Shown here in pieces: positions 1 through 13,660 of a stretch of 64,000 nt of DNA. Positions within the stretch are counted from its first letter, which is position 1. Each line of letters starts with the position of its first letter. Origin of the DNA: Octopus sinensis (lineage: Eukaryota); contig NC_042997.1 in NCBI RefSeq assembly GCF_006345805.1, positions 54,746,001 through 54,810,000 of the forward strand, given 5' to 3'. The notes under the pieces were generated by a model, which worked only from the letters and a program-made list of their open reading frames with translations, ran no database searches and was not told the origin of the DNA. The translations under genes were made by a program, and so were the position numbers.

Positions 1-199
1 GACAGCACATTCAAAATTAGTTGTAAGTACGTAGAAAGTCTAACTGTATTATAAATCCTTTTTCTTCCTTGCAAACGTTTCATAACCAGTTGCATAAATG
101 AGTATTCACAATATGAATTATATAAATTTATATAAACAGTTGGACAAATTGGCTTACAGTGTGTTTACAGACTAAATTAAAGAGTATAACTTTATATAA

Positions 200-1298
200 A
201 GATGGTTAGCATAAATAAGAATTGTTGATTAGAGCGAACGATGTAACAATAATTAGGCTATTAATTTTATTTAGCTAAATATAAACACTAGAAAACTTCA
301 TAGTCACAACTTCACCTGTTTATCGGCACATTCTTTGTGTCAAATCACTACTGTTGACAGTATAACCACTACTGCAACTTGTGTGTAATTTGACAAACCA
401 TCATCTCTATGAGGCGGTCAAAGAGTTTCGGCGTATGAATGCCCATTCTTAGTACCGGTTTTGATACATTTACACCGTATCGTATCTTTCTATGAAGCCT
501 GACTGCCAAGTGATGTGAATCTGATCATGTGACTTTAAGAATGGTGCTCTTTAACAACTGCTGTTTGCTTTAGCTTCGATACTTTAAGACCAAAATAAAC
601 CGACCATATACTCTTCTTCTCTCTTTTTTCATGTTGCATAATTTTGAAAAAAAATTTTTTACGATAAGTCGTATATATAGATATACTTCACACCAAAATT
701 TCCTTTCGAAAATTATTTCTATACATTTAAAGAATTAAACGATGAGCACTTTTTTTTTTTTTGCTAAGATAGCTTTTATATTCTTTTTAGCTATTTGACC
801 TTATCAATAAATACCACAACCTAAATTTTGTAATTCCAATAATATACTGTTCCATTAATAGGTAGCACTAATAAATACTTTGAATTGAAATATTTCAGTG
901 GTTGTTCATAAATTTTTCTTTTCTTTCCATTCGTGTTACCTGAAGTATAAGAATTGTATTTATAAACTGTATATGCATGTACATCGGTCGGTATTCTGTT
1001 ATTAAGTATGTTTCCTTCGAAATATTCATTAGTTTTTGGTTTTGGTCCCTGGAAGGAATTCCTGATACGATCGCCGATATAGTAATATTATTTTTCAGCA
1101 CTGCATTTGTGAAATTTACCATTAAATGTGCTTCGAAACGTTAGCTGATCTATTCATTGAGAGGGAGATATTTCTCTTAACCCCAAATTTATTATTTTCT
1201 TCAAAAATACCTCTCCTCTTCCTTAGATAATAATAAGTACTTTTTATTTTCTTCTTTCTTTTCTATAAATATATAGCTTTATTATCGAAAAAAAAAGA

Positions 1299-1340
<42 letters not shown>

Positions 1341-2600
1341 ATATATATATATATCGACATTTCTGTTCGTTTGTACCTTGCTCCACCTTCCATTTCTAAA
1401 ATGACTCTTTTTAGTTGGCTCATTGTCGGAGGTTAGTGAACTTTAATTAAGTTATTCGTATAATGATTAAATATACTAATATTTAGCGAGTGGAGATGTG
1501 TTCTTGGTTCGATAGTGTGATACCTTTCGAATCGTTGAAGATTATTACTCGGGTGTCTTCTTGCCGGTAAAAAGTCGGTCAAAGGAATCCCTCTTATTTC
1601 CATCTCCTTTTACACCGCTGATAATTATATGAACGTGTGTGCATGCTTATTCAAAAACTACCATTGATTAATAAATATCTAAAAATATACATTTCCCTCC
1701 TTCCTTTTCACCATTATGTTCTCGTGTTAATTTCTATTCATTTGGTAATTTTCATTTTACGAATTGTGCGTATCTAGTGTTTTCTTTTTTCCTTTTGCTT
1801 TGTTACTACTGCAACTCATTAATGTCAACAAATAGCAACTATAGTTAAATATCGATTTCTCATTGCGCCACCACTTTCCTCCTCCCCTACCTTTCACCTC
1901 CTCTATACCGGTTCGATGTTTAGAGTACCCCACTTTTTACAGACACGGAAATACTCATAGTCGTCGAAATATTTTATAGAAATGTTAACTGCATTCCCGT
2001 TTTATTTTTATTTCATTGTTCAGTTATATACTTTCAACGAAAAATCAGTTAAAAAGAAAACGAAAACTAGCTTTAAAATAAAATAAAGTCAATCGTAGTT
2101 TAATGTAAAATTCTCGACTCTCGCCTCCTGAAAGAAAATACCAATAGACAGAATTTCCGATCCGCATCTTCGATGGTTTATTTCAATACTTTCTATATCG
2201 ACGCCAAGATCAATCTCCGTAACCGCTCACTGAGAAGCTCGGGTCATTATAGCCCGATGGTGTATGTGACTATCCAAACAGGGAGCGCTTATAATTTACT
2301 GTAGTTGTTAAGGTAAGTTCATCAGTCAGCTGCAGTATGTTGTAGCTGTCTGATAAACTGGGACGCATCAATGATGACAGGATCTCACAGCTGATAATAG
2401 CTATCAGCGTTATATTATTCTTACTTTTTTTTTTCTCTCTCGCCGTATCTTTTTGCCATCATTTGCTGCTAATTTCATTGTGTGTGCATAGTTGTAGTTG
2501 TGGTGTAGTTAGTTGTTTGTTTAACCTCAGGTCAATCATTGATAGAGTATGCGTATGATCTAGACGTTTCAGCCGTGACCATCTCATCTCCCCTTTTTTT
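200..2600. promoter_or_regulatory. CpG-retaining region, probable promoter / 5' end of the nPKC gene
   Basis: CG dinucleotides are visibly frequent here and scarce in most downstream intronic DNA; few recognisable repeats. Confidence 0.5.
2100..2312 (+). other. Candidate non-coding first exon (5' boundary unknown)
   Basis: Consensus donor aag|GTAAGT at 2312/2313 at the end of the CpG-rich region. The ATG exon has an acceptor at 14933, so it needs an upstream exon. Confidence 0.45.
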
Positions 2601-2740
2601 CCGGCATATTGTATCTTGGACTACATAATCAAATGTGTCTTTCCAATATAAGATAACACTATGTATAATTTGAGGGAATTCAGGCTGCTATTTCTATCTA
2701 GTAAGTAAAATGACAATACAGTGTGTCCCTGGCTGACTTA
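2515..2740. repeat. Dispersed repeat of unassigned class
   Basis: The ttgtttaacctcaggtca...tatgatc...ttcagccgtgaccatc...gctgctatttcta motif recurs in decayed form near 6430-6570(-), 9700-9860(-), 45840-46070 and 49970-50140. Confidence 0.5.
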
Positions 2741-3642
2741 TTTGTGGTTGTGGGGTCTGTCTGTGTGTATGTGTGTAAAAATCAGTCTGATATAAAGATA
2801 TTTTTTCATTGGTTCCAGCTAGTGGTCATGTTGGGGCACTATAGCAATAACTATTTTTTGCCATTTGATGTTCCTGATCATTGGTATTGATCAATAGGTG
2901 ATGAGGCCTATTGATGTTACAAGGAAGAGGAGAGTGTAACAATGGCTTTTGTAATGAAGTGTAAGTGATGCGGCTGAGAATTGAAACCTGCTTAATTGAT
3001 GACAGGTTGCTACAAGCACTCACTTTGTGTGTTAGTAGCAATACTATTGTGATGTTAACGTACTTCACTGTGTGTACGTTTATCCCACACAGCAGTAGTG
3101 GGTTGTTGGAGCAAGGCTAAAACTTTTTCTTTCGTTTTGTGTGTCATGAGTAAGCTTAGAACAGCCCATCCCTCTGTAAGCTAATGACTGAGGCTGGTCC
3201 TGTAGGCACAAGATATAAATGGAGTGTTATGGCTGAACCAGGAAATTAAACTGGTTTATAAGAGCTTATCACCACTCCATCACTCACGTGCGTGTGTGAG
3301 CGCGCGTGTGTGTATGTTCATATACATTCACAAATGCATGTATACACAAACGTTATTTATTATAACATTTAATAAACATACAATTTTAGCTTTGCTGTGA
3401 AAAGTAAACAAACTGTTACATCACACGTTTTATCTCACTGTAGGTATAAAACAACATGTGATTGAGTCTGATTAGTTTCTCACCTTTGTTGATCCTTATC
3501 AATGAAAGAATACCCATGTTCTGCCTATGGATTAATTAGCAACATGGACTCAGCTAAACTGAGATAATTCATATTGTCAGCAGCATATTTGACTGACCCC
3601 TATAGGCTAGTAATCTCTCCATGAACAGAAGGTGGGTCTTCT

Positions 3643-3683
3643 TTCTCTGATGAAAGTCTAAGAGGGTTAGAAACCAGTCAGAG
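3643..3683 (+). ncRNA. Minimal type-I hammerhead ribozyme-like motif (decayed)
   Basis: ttct-CTGATGA (3647-3653), weak stem II, GAAAC-ca-GTC (3670-3679), then agag pairing back to ttct. Confidence 0.4.
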
Positions 3684-3859
3684 TAATTCAATTTTTTTTG
3701 CTCTAAAATATAACCAGTCATTTTAACCTTACTGTTTATTTTCCACAGAAAAATGTTTTATAAAGTATACAGTACAATTCATATTATCTAAAAACTCTTG
3801 TGTAGCACAATATGAATTATTATCACTGTAATCATTTTATGCCCCTTTATATCTGCTTG

Positions 3860-4720
3860 CACAGGTTATTTGGGTCACCCCTGCAGAATGTCCCAATATT
3901 TGTTGCAGTCCTTTGTCATCTTCATGAAGTTCTACTCTTTCAAACTAGCTTTCACCACTTATTCCAATGTCTTCCTCAGTCTTCGTCTTCCACAAGTTCC
4001 TTCCACTTGTTTGACACCTCTTTGCCCAACTGTCTTCCACCATATTTATCCCATGTCCATGCCAGCACAGCCTTCTCTTTTGCACACTACAGTTACTTCC
4101 TTCTATACCTAATTTTTCTCTCAGTTTATTTGTACTCTATTGTTCATGCACACTAATATTACACATCAGTGAAGCATGCTTGCTTCATTTCTTTCTAGTC
4201 TTTGCTGCATTCACTGCCCATATTTTACTACCATGCAACATCATACTTTGTTTACATACATCATACAACCAGCCCTTCATTCAGAGAGACTGTTGCCAGC
4301 AGTGATAAAAGTTACTTGAAATTTTTAGCACTCTCTTATTACTCTGGTTACTATGTTTTTCAATACTTAGTTTCACTGTTAATTCAGTTACCTTGTTTAT
4401 ACATGCTATTAATTACATCTAGGAACCCATCTGAAGAGTTTATTTCATGGGTACTTTTACTGTTAACTACCCGTGCTACTGTTTCATATGAAGTAAACTT
4501 TCTACAGCAGCCTGCCTGTGATCTCACTGCATCTCTTGTGTACTCATAGTTCAATCTGGTACACCGTAAAGTGCTTTCACTTTTCTGCATACTGAGTATG
4601 GCTGCCACCTTGATGGAAAAATAGTCCTACCATCTTTCTTGCACAATTAAACTTTTGTCTTTGCTAGGTTTACTTTGTAGCTTCTTGATTCTTGGCTTTG
4701 CTTCTGCATTTGGAATTTAT
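3860..4720 (-). mobile_element. RTE LINE (family A) decayed 3' ORF fragment
   Basis: The reverse complement aligns by eye to the late-RT, Cys-rich and C-terminal parts of the better copies at 22340-24655 and 38890-41680; many frameshifts. Confidence 0.65.
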
Positions 4721-5371
4721 TTATGAATTCTTTGACAGATTTACCTATGAAAACTTTTTCTTCATTGGCATCAGGTGTTCTTTCAGACAGCCAGAGGTGT
4801 GTTGAGAACTGAATGTAAATGAGTGTATATTTATATATTATTATATATTAATTCAATGTAAAATTCCTTACAGTCACTGATCAGTCTTGTCTCTATTGAG
4901 AATCTCCAGGCTTGCAGTATTGGCAGCCTGAAACTGAATGAAACTGGTCAGTCTGAAGAATTGCACATTGAATTCCTCAAAAATTCTATTGATTCACATT
5001 TTTTAATCTACTTTTTACACACTCACACACACACACACACACGGCTTTATTAAGTCTCAGAGAAATAATGCAGGTATATATTTATATTTTGTCCCCATCC
5101 CCATTCTCCAATACCTTTCCCTATAGTTAAAATTTTCATTATCCTATAAATTTTGATAGGCTACTACTTAGTGAAACCATGTTATCATTGATAGTCAATC
5201 CTTTCTCATCTGAACACATGCAGTTTGTCAGTTTATAGAGAAAATTATTATTATGAGAATTAAATGGTTTTTTAAAAAATTTTTTGTAGGATTAAATTTA
5301 GGACTGTTACTGTCCAGACCTTGGTATATTGATGCCAGTGGCATTCATATATTTTGATTTGAATATATAAA

Positions 5372-6075
5372 GTCAGGTGGTACTGGTAACGGCCACGCTC
5401 AAATGGTGTTTTTTATGTGCCACCTACACAGGAGCCAGTCCAGCGATACTGGCAACGACCTCGCTCGAATGTTTTTTCATGTGCCAGTAAGGTGGTGCAG
5501 GTAACAATTACACTTGAATGGTGCTTTTTACGTGCCACCGGCATGGAAGCCAGTCAGCTGCTCTGGCAATGATCACGCTCAGAGGGTGCTCTTAGTGCTC
5601 TACTGGCACAGATGCCAGTCATCGAATTTGATTTTGATTTCACTTGCCTCAACTGGTCTTCACAAGCAGAGTTTAGTGTCCAATGAAGGAAAGGTATGCA
5701 TGAGTGGTCTGGTTACACCCCTGGCATAGGCCACGAGTTATGGTCTCACTTGGTTTGCCAAGTCTTCTCAAACACAGCATATTTCCAAAGGTCTCGGTCA
5801 CTAGTCATTGCCTCAGTAAGGCCTAATGTTCTAAGGCCGTGCTTCACTAGCTCATCCCAGGTCTTCCTGGGTCTACCTCTTCCACAGGTTCCCTCAACTG
5901 CTAGGGTGTGGCACTTTTTCACGCAGCTATCCTCATCCATTCTCACCACATGACCATACCAGCGTAGTCGTCTCTCTTGCACACCACATCTGATGCTTCT
6001 TAGGTCCAACTTTTCTCTCAAGGTACTTACACTCTGTCGAGTACACACACTGACATTACACATCCGTCGGAGCAT
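5372..6075 (-). mobile_element. RTE LINE (family A) C-terminal ORF and part of 3' UTR
   Basis: ORF 5746-6075 MLRRMCNVSV...QERRLRWYGHVVRMDEDSCVKKC...GRGRPRKTW is a typical RTE C-terminus; it is followed by ggcacgtaaaaagcaccat modules. Confidence 0.9.
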
Positions 6076-6943
6076 GTGTATTCATAATAATTCCCTTTTA
6101 ATTGATACAAAACTTTTTTATATAATGATAAGAGTAATAGTTTATATGAAATTATCCACGTCTAACAGGCACTTAGCTTACTGTGTCAGCTTGTATTTTG
6201 TGAGGTAGAAAGCATAATACACTAAAATGTCTTGCCCAGCCATCTGTAATTTGTAGCATCTTCATTGTAATGATATAAATATTTCAAACATTGACAAAAG
6301 GTTGGAAAGCCATTAACCTCAGGATTTGAGCCCAAAATGTAAATTGGTGAAACTAAATACCATTAGTTTTTTTTAATTAATCACACTACTGATTTGGATA
6401 AACATTACTAGTATATGAGCCAACAATGAGATCTTTATAAGTTGATTTGCTAGAAACAACACCCTAAACTCTCTCAAATCACACCCTGCTGCCTGAATGA
6501 GCATGTTGGATAGTATAGTTCTACATAGCTCTAGAATAACCTCAATCAAGGTTAACTTGGGTTAGATAATAATGGTGATAAGCTTAATTCTAGTAACATG
6601 TTAGCAATTTCTCATTTTCTTTTGATTTATCATTAAGTTATTTTATGGTTTACTGAAATGTATGTTTTACTTCAGTGTTTGTACATGGGCTTCTACTTTC
6701 TGTTAACGATTATTATTTCAATGTGAAGATCTTGAAGGTAGTGAAGATCAAGAAATTAATGTTTTTTCAGAAGCGTGTATGCATTTTTTAATGATATGCA
6801 AAAGCTTTGACTTGAGCTAATCTGTGATGTATTGGCAGGGCTGAATTATATATTGAGTACAATAGAATCTAGGGCCTCTGAAAATTGGTGAGCTTATGAA
6901 AACTATGAATCAATGTATTTCACTGTAACTTCGGAAAAGTGTG

Positions 6944-7317
6944 TACTCTTTTACTTGTTTCAGTCATTTGAGCACCGCCTTTAATCGAGCAACTCGACCC
7001 TGGGACTTATTCTTTGTAAGCCCAGTACTTATTCTATCGGTCTCTTTTGCCGAACCGCTAAGTGATGGGGACATAAACACACCAGCATCGGTTGTCAAGC
7101 AATGCTAGGGGGACAAACACAAACATACACACCCACATATATATACATATATACGACGGGCTTCTTTCAGTTTCCGTCTACCAAATCCACTCACAAGGCT
7201 TTGGTTGGCCCGAGGCTATAGTAGAAGACACTTGACCAAGGTGCCACGCAGTGGGACTGAACCCGGAACCATGTGGTTGGTAAACTAGCTACTTACCACA
7301 CAGCCACTCCTATGCCT
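6944..7317 (-). mobile_element. tRNA-derived SINE family 1 (CORE-like), near full length
   Basis: Reverse complement starts ggcataggagtggctgtgtggtaag (A box), then gggttcagtccc (B box) and ccttgg-caagtgtcttct; internal microsatellite; matches 13445-13894. Confidence 0.88.
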
Positions 7318-8129
7318 ATGTGTGTGTAAAATATTAAAAAATAATAGTAGGCATGAAATTTCCATTTTACTGTAATCTATAGTTTATTGTATTTTGGAAA
7401 GTCATATTTACTATTAATATACATGAATGAAATGTTTTACTCTTTCCCCTGTAGTTTGTATAACTTGTAAGTAACTAGTTGAGTGTATGATGACACACTT
7501 CACTCATGTAATTCAAGTGAACATTTCAAAACACTCCATATGTCCTTCACCTTAGTTTGCCATGCTTTAATCAGATATGAGGCTACTGAATACTCACGGA
7601 TACTGTGGTTTGTAGTGTGAGATGAAATATGATCAAGACCTGTATCAATTTTGTTGTTCAGTCATATTTGTATGCAATTGAAATCCTCTCTGCTTTTAAT
7701 TGCGGCAGAAATGGGCAAAGTGGACATGACTAGTGTGTAATAGCTTTAATTTCTTGAGATTTACTGGAGATTAATAATTATACAGCAAATTGGAGTTGGT
7801 TAATCATACTGAAAATTGGGTTTCTTTCTCTCCAGTTTTGTTTTACAGCTAGTTGAAGCTGGACATGGACACTTGAAGATTCATCCAACTTATGTCATCA
7901 GGAGAAAATGGGCTTTAAACTGATGAGATGCTAATGATGATAACCACTGAATGTGAGCTGAAGGTGCAGGAGTGGAAAATATTAAATATATTATTTGAGC
8001 TATATAAAAGGTTAGAGCTCATAATTTCCCACTTATATTTTCCTCATTTTTCTGTATCATTTCTAAAGTACATATAATTTTATAAAATTTATAAAAAAAG
8101 CAACAGATCTCATTATATCAGTATCATTA

Positions 8130-9080
8130 TTTTATTATCTGCTATCCATGGATTAGATAATTCTGCAATGCGATACTTTTCCCATCCTCTCAACCTAGGG
8201 TCATGTCAGGTGTAATATCCAACATTTTCAGGTCTGGTGGTTGCTTCTTCTATAACCTGTCTTCCACATACATCCACTTTTATAACTTTGAATGGATTAT
8301 ATGGTTTACTGAATGTCTTTTTAATCTTGCCTCTTATCAGTTGTAAATCAAGGTTTAGTTTGCTTAAAGAATTCAAATAATTGCTGGAATATGTCCAATT
8401 TCTTTTAACCAATTTCTTCTTGTCTCTTTTTAGTCACTCTTTCAATAAGCCAGCTATTAAATTTGAAGTCTCCTTGATTCTTCCTTGCTTTTGTATATTA
8501 GAACTTGTAGACACTTTCATATTGCCTACCTTATACAAAACTTTTTAAAATGTCACCAATATCAATTATTCATTTGCCTCTATTTTGTCTTCTAAAGATT
8601 CTTATTATCTATAATTTTTATGTCGAAAAGGTTATACTGAAAGAAATGTTATCAGTTTTTTATGTTTTTTTTTAAGTGATCAATTGATAATTCAGCTTAC
8701 TGTTTTCTCTCCTTATGTCTCAGTTCAGATCTCCAAGTGCCATATGACATTATTTTAGCTTTCATTAATTAGATTTGATTAGAAAATTCATTCGACTTTA
8801 GTTTTTGTTTTTATTGGAAATATATTATCAGCTGTTTACTTCACCAGACTCTTCTAAAAGTGTCTTGAGAGTCTGTCTATGCTATAATGTATATATTTGG
8901 AGTTTATGGCCTTAAGGTAGCCAATCATATGCATGGAAGCAATCCTCAGATCCAGCATAAAGGGTCCATAGTATATCTATAAATCTGGCCTTGATTCAAC
9001 TTCATCATATGTATAGTATCTTCTACATAACCATTCTACCTTTTATTGTAGAGGATACTGTTCAATGATTTAGTTCATAA
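8130..9080 (-). mobile_element. Very old APE-type LINE remnant (tentative)
   Basis: Broken minus-strand translation has YTY..ESRPD..., LDLRIASMHMIGY and GHIPAII.NS, resembling an endonuclease end and the start of RT; many stops. Confidence 0.3.
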
Positions 9081-11099
9081 AACAATTGCCAATTTTAAAT
9101 ATCATGAAAAATTTGAAAGAAATTTAGTTTTGCTAAAAAATAAAATCTATTCTGTTATTTCACTGTTATAATCAAACTGTTTTAGCATTGAAATATCTTT
9201 ACATAGTTTCATCTATTTATTGTGTTGCAATAAAGTAAACTTTCTGCGAGTTAGCATCATTATTTCCAGAAGCATAATCACCAACTGGCTTAGTGAAGCT
9301 GCTATAATCATAAATGGTTAGTATACCCATCCTACTGCAGGCATTATATTATGGTGGGATAAAACAGTCAACTTTGTTTATCTTGGCCAACCTAACAGAA
9401 ATCAAATATCAGAGAAATATAAGTTCTCATAGAGATAAGGAGGAAGACTGTTGGCCTAATTATAGTTAGTTACTAAACTCAAAGCAGCATTGTGTTATGT
9501 TCATAGCCAAGAACCTTAACAATTTTACTGAGCCTTCCAAGCTATGAATATAGTTCACTTCTAATATGGACTATAGAATTAACAAATATTTCAATAGCAT
9601 GCAATACTGAATTCAGTTCCACTCATGATAGAATTGGTTCAAATGAGTCTTTCATCACCTTAATGTTCGGAATATTACCATAAAGTACTGAATAGGAATA
9701 TTTAATTTGCTAGAAATAGCAACGAAATATGCCTCCAACAGTTCCTTACCATCTTATAAAAAAAAAACACCTTTGATAATTGAATCTTGGATACACTATG
9801 CCTGAAAAAGATGAGATAGTCAGGCTTGGAATGAATTTAAAGTGGTACGTTAATGGGAGATGGGTGGCTATTAGACCATTATTTGTTTTTGTATATATAT
9901 AAAAAAGTAACCTTTTCTCTGTACCACATGTTGCTTCTCTCCTAAATGAAAGAAACAATGTATAAGTATTGACTTGATGTAGAAATATACTCAGTTATGA
10001 TGCAAGAGTTAGCTATTATTTCATTATGTTTTATATTCCACTTCTCCTACTTTATATTAATGATGAATTGAATTATAAACTACAAACTCCTTTTATTATT
10101 ACCATAACTATTAAACACAGAGTTAAAGATTTTAAGATGTTCACCAAGAGGTTGGCACTTGAACCTGACATTATAGTTAGAGTTGGACATACATGAGACA
10201 TCCTCATCAGATTTGACATAACAACACTCACTCCATGCAATATACCATGGAGTATATTGGGAAAAGATTTGGTTTTGGTGGAGTGCTAATTAATTTAGAT
10301 TAGCCTAGAGTTTTCATTAGGGTTGACTATTGTTATGGGGTTGAGGATGACCTAAACATTGTTGGTTTCAGTTTCATCTTCAAAGGTGCTGGATTGTAAC
10401 AATGTTCAGTGGTATCTCTTCTGTAATTAAAATTAAACAGCCATTTCTTGGTACTATTTTACATCACACACTCAGTTTATTAAAGATGTTCCCATTCTAC
10501 TTTACTGTGGTTTTGGTACTGGAGCTATTGTTGAGGAAACTGGTGACTTTTGAAGGGCAAATTGTTCAAATACAAGAGAGGTATGTCTATATTCATTGAT
10601 GCTGTTGCCATCATGGTGTTGGGCACTTTGGAAATCAAGGTAGTCAGAGCTGATTTCCAAAGTGTTACTTGGAAGAGTAGCAGATGTTTATGGGAGCATG
10701 CATCAATTAGGACAAGGTGGTGGTTTTGCAACTCATTACCCAGCGAGGCAAGTCTATGTTAGTCAGTGGGAGCTTTTGTTGCTGTACTGAGAATTCAGTT
10801 AAGATAATCAGTCTGGTTCTAACCAAACCTACAGATGTAGCAAAGCTGGGAAGAAATCATGAATAAGGTGACTTGTTTTATTCAGAAATGAACTGAAAAG
10901 AAGCTGTCCTTAAAAAGTTGGGTGGAAACGGCTAACACATTGCTTCAGTGGTGAACTACTATTTGACTATTGTGCCTTGTCCTAGGCAACACAGATAGGA
11001 TTGTAGCTCATGCTTTTTTTTTTTTACTTGTGGTAAAAAGAACAAGTTACTCTTGTCAGGATTTACTCGTAACAATAATCACCTCAGAAATGTGTGCAG

Positions 11100-11590
11100 A
11101 ATGGTAGAAGCACACCTGCTCTTACAATTGAAGAAAAGTAATAGGCATAGAAATGACATTATGAGAGCTTATTGAAGGAGAATGCATAGGAAAAAAGTGA
11201 AGTTTATTGTATGGTGACTAAAAGAGGGCCTAGAAATCCAAGTCACCAGCAGTATTCTAGATAGAGTGATCATGTATATGAAGGCAGGGAAAGTTGCTGG
11301 TCTGTTGGAGATGGTCACTGGGTTACTTAAAGTATCTATAATAGCATAGTTGGATACCTACTAGTCACTTAAATAGTTAACCAGGTAGTACAGGAAGCTC
11401 AATGACTGGCATAGTAATATCATTGTAAACTACTATAAGGGCAAAAGAGATTCATTGGAGAAAGGCAATTACAGAGGCATCAAACTATTGGATCAGCTTA
11501 TGAAGGTTATAGAAAAGAATCATAGTACAATTTATTAGTAACAGAATTGACTTTTATGTGATGCAGTTTAGCTTTATACTTGTAGGAGGT
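11100..11590 (+). mobile_element. RTE LINE (family A) decayed RT N-terminal fragment
   Basis: Encodes NDWHSNIIVNYYKGKRDSLEKGNYRGIKLLDQLMKV, matching the other family A copies. Confidence 0.75.
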
Positions 11591-12039
11591 ACCCATCACA
11601 GTTGCCACCTGTTTCATGACAGTTGCTGAGGGAACTACTTTCATTCCATCCTATCACTGTCCTCATAACTTTACCTCTTTTGCCTATCATGAGACTGCTT
11701 AGGATGTGTTTGTACCCTCACTTACTTTCTGTATTGCCAGTCATCACTCATTCTCCCTCGGATTACTTATTGTCATCCAATACTTACGCTTACCATTGAC
11801 TACCTGTACATCCACTGATCTCTTTCCATCTCTTCATTCCAGTCTCACTGTTCCTATCATTATAGGAGAGTATTGTAGTTCGCTTGAAGCATTGTATATT
11901 GTTTGTAAAGAATAAAAAGTTTTGAATGCAATGCACTATAATACAGACAATGGGCTATATACCTGTTGTAATTTAGTCATCCATAGTCTAATATGATATT
12001 TTGGAATAATATTCCTCCTTCAAATATTCTTAGATGGAG

Positions 12040-12613
12040 TCACTGCTATAATTGGTTTTCCAACAGCTTTTCTTTTTTCTTTTTTTTTTGGGAAGTGTCT
12101 CAGCAGTGGTCTCACGATGCTCCTTCCGGAATTCCTCATGAGAAGTGTGTGAGGTCGGCCATGTCTCAGTCTCGTGTGTACTGGTACATCTATAGTGCTG
12201 CTTCTAAGTTACATATTATACATGCAGCTTCCTTTTTTTTCTCTTCTTTTTTTTCTTCTCTTCTTTTGTTTTTTTTTTGTTGTAAACTACAGATGAGCAT
12301 ATTATCAAAAATGAACCTACACGCATCCAGATGTATCTAAAAAATGTATTGATTACCAACCTCCAGCCTGTTGTTAATTTGGGGCCCTAGTATGTGTATG
12401 AGTATAGCTTCCTTAATTCTTAAATTACCCAAATTTCTTTCATTAGCCTCAATTGTGACTGTTATGCTTTTGTCAGTGTTCCGGCATCTGTTTAGATGTT
12501 TTCTGAAGGAGGAAGCTCTCGTGTTCAGATGTTCTTTGATGCAGACGTGTAAGTCTTGTGCTACCCACATAGAACTTGTTGCATTTGTTACATTGTATTC
12601 TATACACAACATT
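12040..12613 (-). mobile_element. Penelope-like element 3' fragment (GIY-YIG endonuclease)
   Basis: Minus strand reads NVVYRIQCNKCNKFYVGS (frameshift) ...IKEHL...FRKHLNRC...LRIKEAILIHILGPQINN, the GIY-YIG signature and C-terminal E...I...P.IN motif of Penelope-like elements. Left boundary approximate. Confidence 0.78.
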
Positions 12614-13444
12614 CACCCTGTTTATGAAGGTAGTGAAACTCAATAAGAACTAACTCATACTGTGCCAATTCATTCAAGCCAAGGCAGCATGGAAAATAAA
12701 CTTAAAATGATGGTGATAGTGGTGGTGGTAGTAGTTGTAACAACAGTTGCTTTCAATGCTTCACATTGCAACACTTTCAATGCTCTAATCACCAATAATG
12801 CTAACCATTGTAGTTTTCTTATAGACTATATTGACATTATTTGTGGATTGTCTGTGCTTTGAGGTTTACACATACATGTCAGCTTTAGGCTATCAAAGCT
12901 ACACTAATGTTTCCCTGTTAACCATATTGGGCTACATAAATGTTTTTTCTGTAGGAAACCTAGGACTATTCAGATGTTATCAACAAAACATCTATGGCTA
13001 CATAGATATTTGACCAACTCATCTCCCAGGGCTACACTAATATAATCCACTCAACATCTTTGCAAACACTGATATCACCTATAACTCTCTTCTACTTAAG
13101 TCTGCTCTAATGTACCCTACTCACTACTTTGAATTACAATGATGTTACCCACATCACATTGGGGTTACACATTGCAACTAGGACTTTACTGATGTAATCC
13201 ACAAAATTCTTAGGCTTCTTGGATCTAATCCATTCATATTCAAGGCTATATTAATGTTTACATGTTCAGTACTCAATTGCTGACCCCCACACAACACTTA
13301 GCTTACATAGTTCTAACCTGCTCAGCACCTTGACTACACTGATCTTTATCCTCTCAACATGCAGAGCCATACTGATGTTACACAGCATTTAATATTATCC
13401 ATTTTAGTCTGTAGTAATACTCATGTCACCCTAAAAATATATAC

Positions 13445-13610
13445 AGGCGCAGGAGTGGCTGTGTGGTAAGTGGCTTGCTTGCCAACCACATGGTTCCGGG
13501 TTCAGTCCCACTGCGTGGCATCTTGGGCAAGTGTCTTCTGCTATAGCACCGGGCCGACCAATGCCTTGTGAGTGGATTTGGTAGACGGAAACTGAAAGAA
13601 GCCTGTCGTA

Positions 13611-13660
<50 letters not shown>

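Noticed and set aside
10270-10990. Old LINE endonuclease-like remnant on the minus strand (similar traces near 43100-43600 and 51880-52260)
   Set aside because: Motifs are too degraded to assign a class or boundaries by eye.
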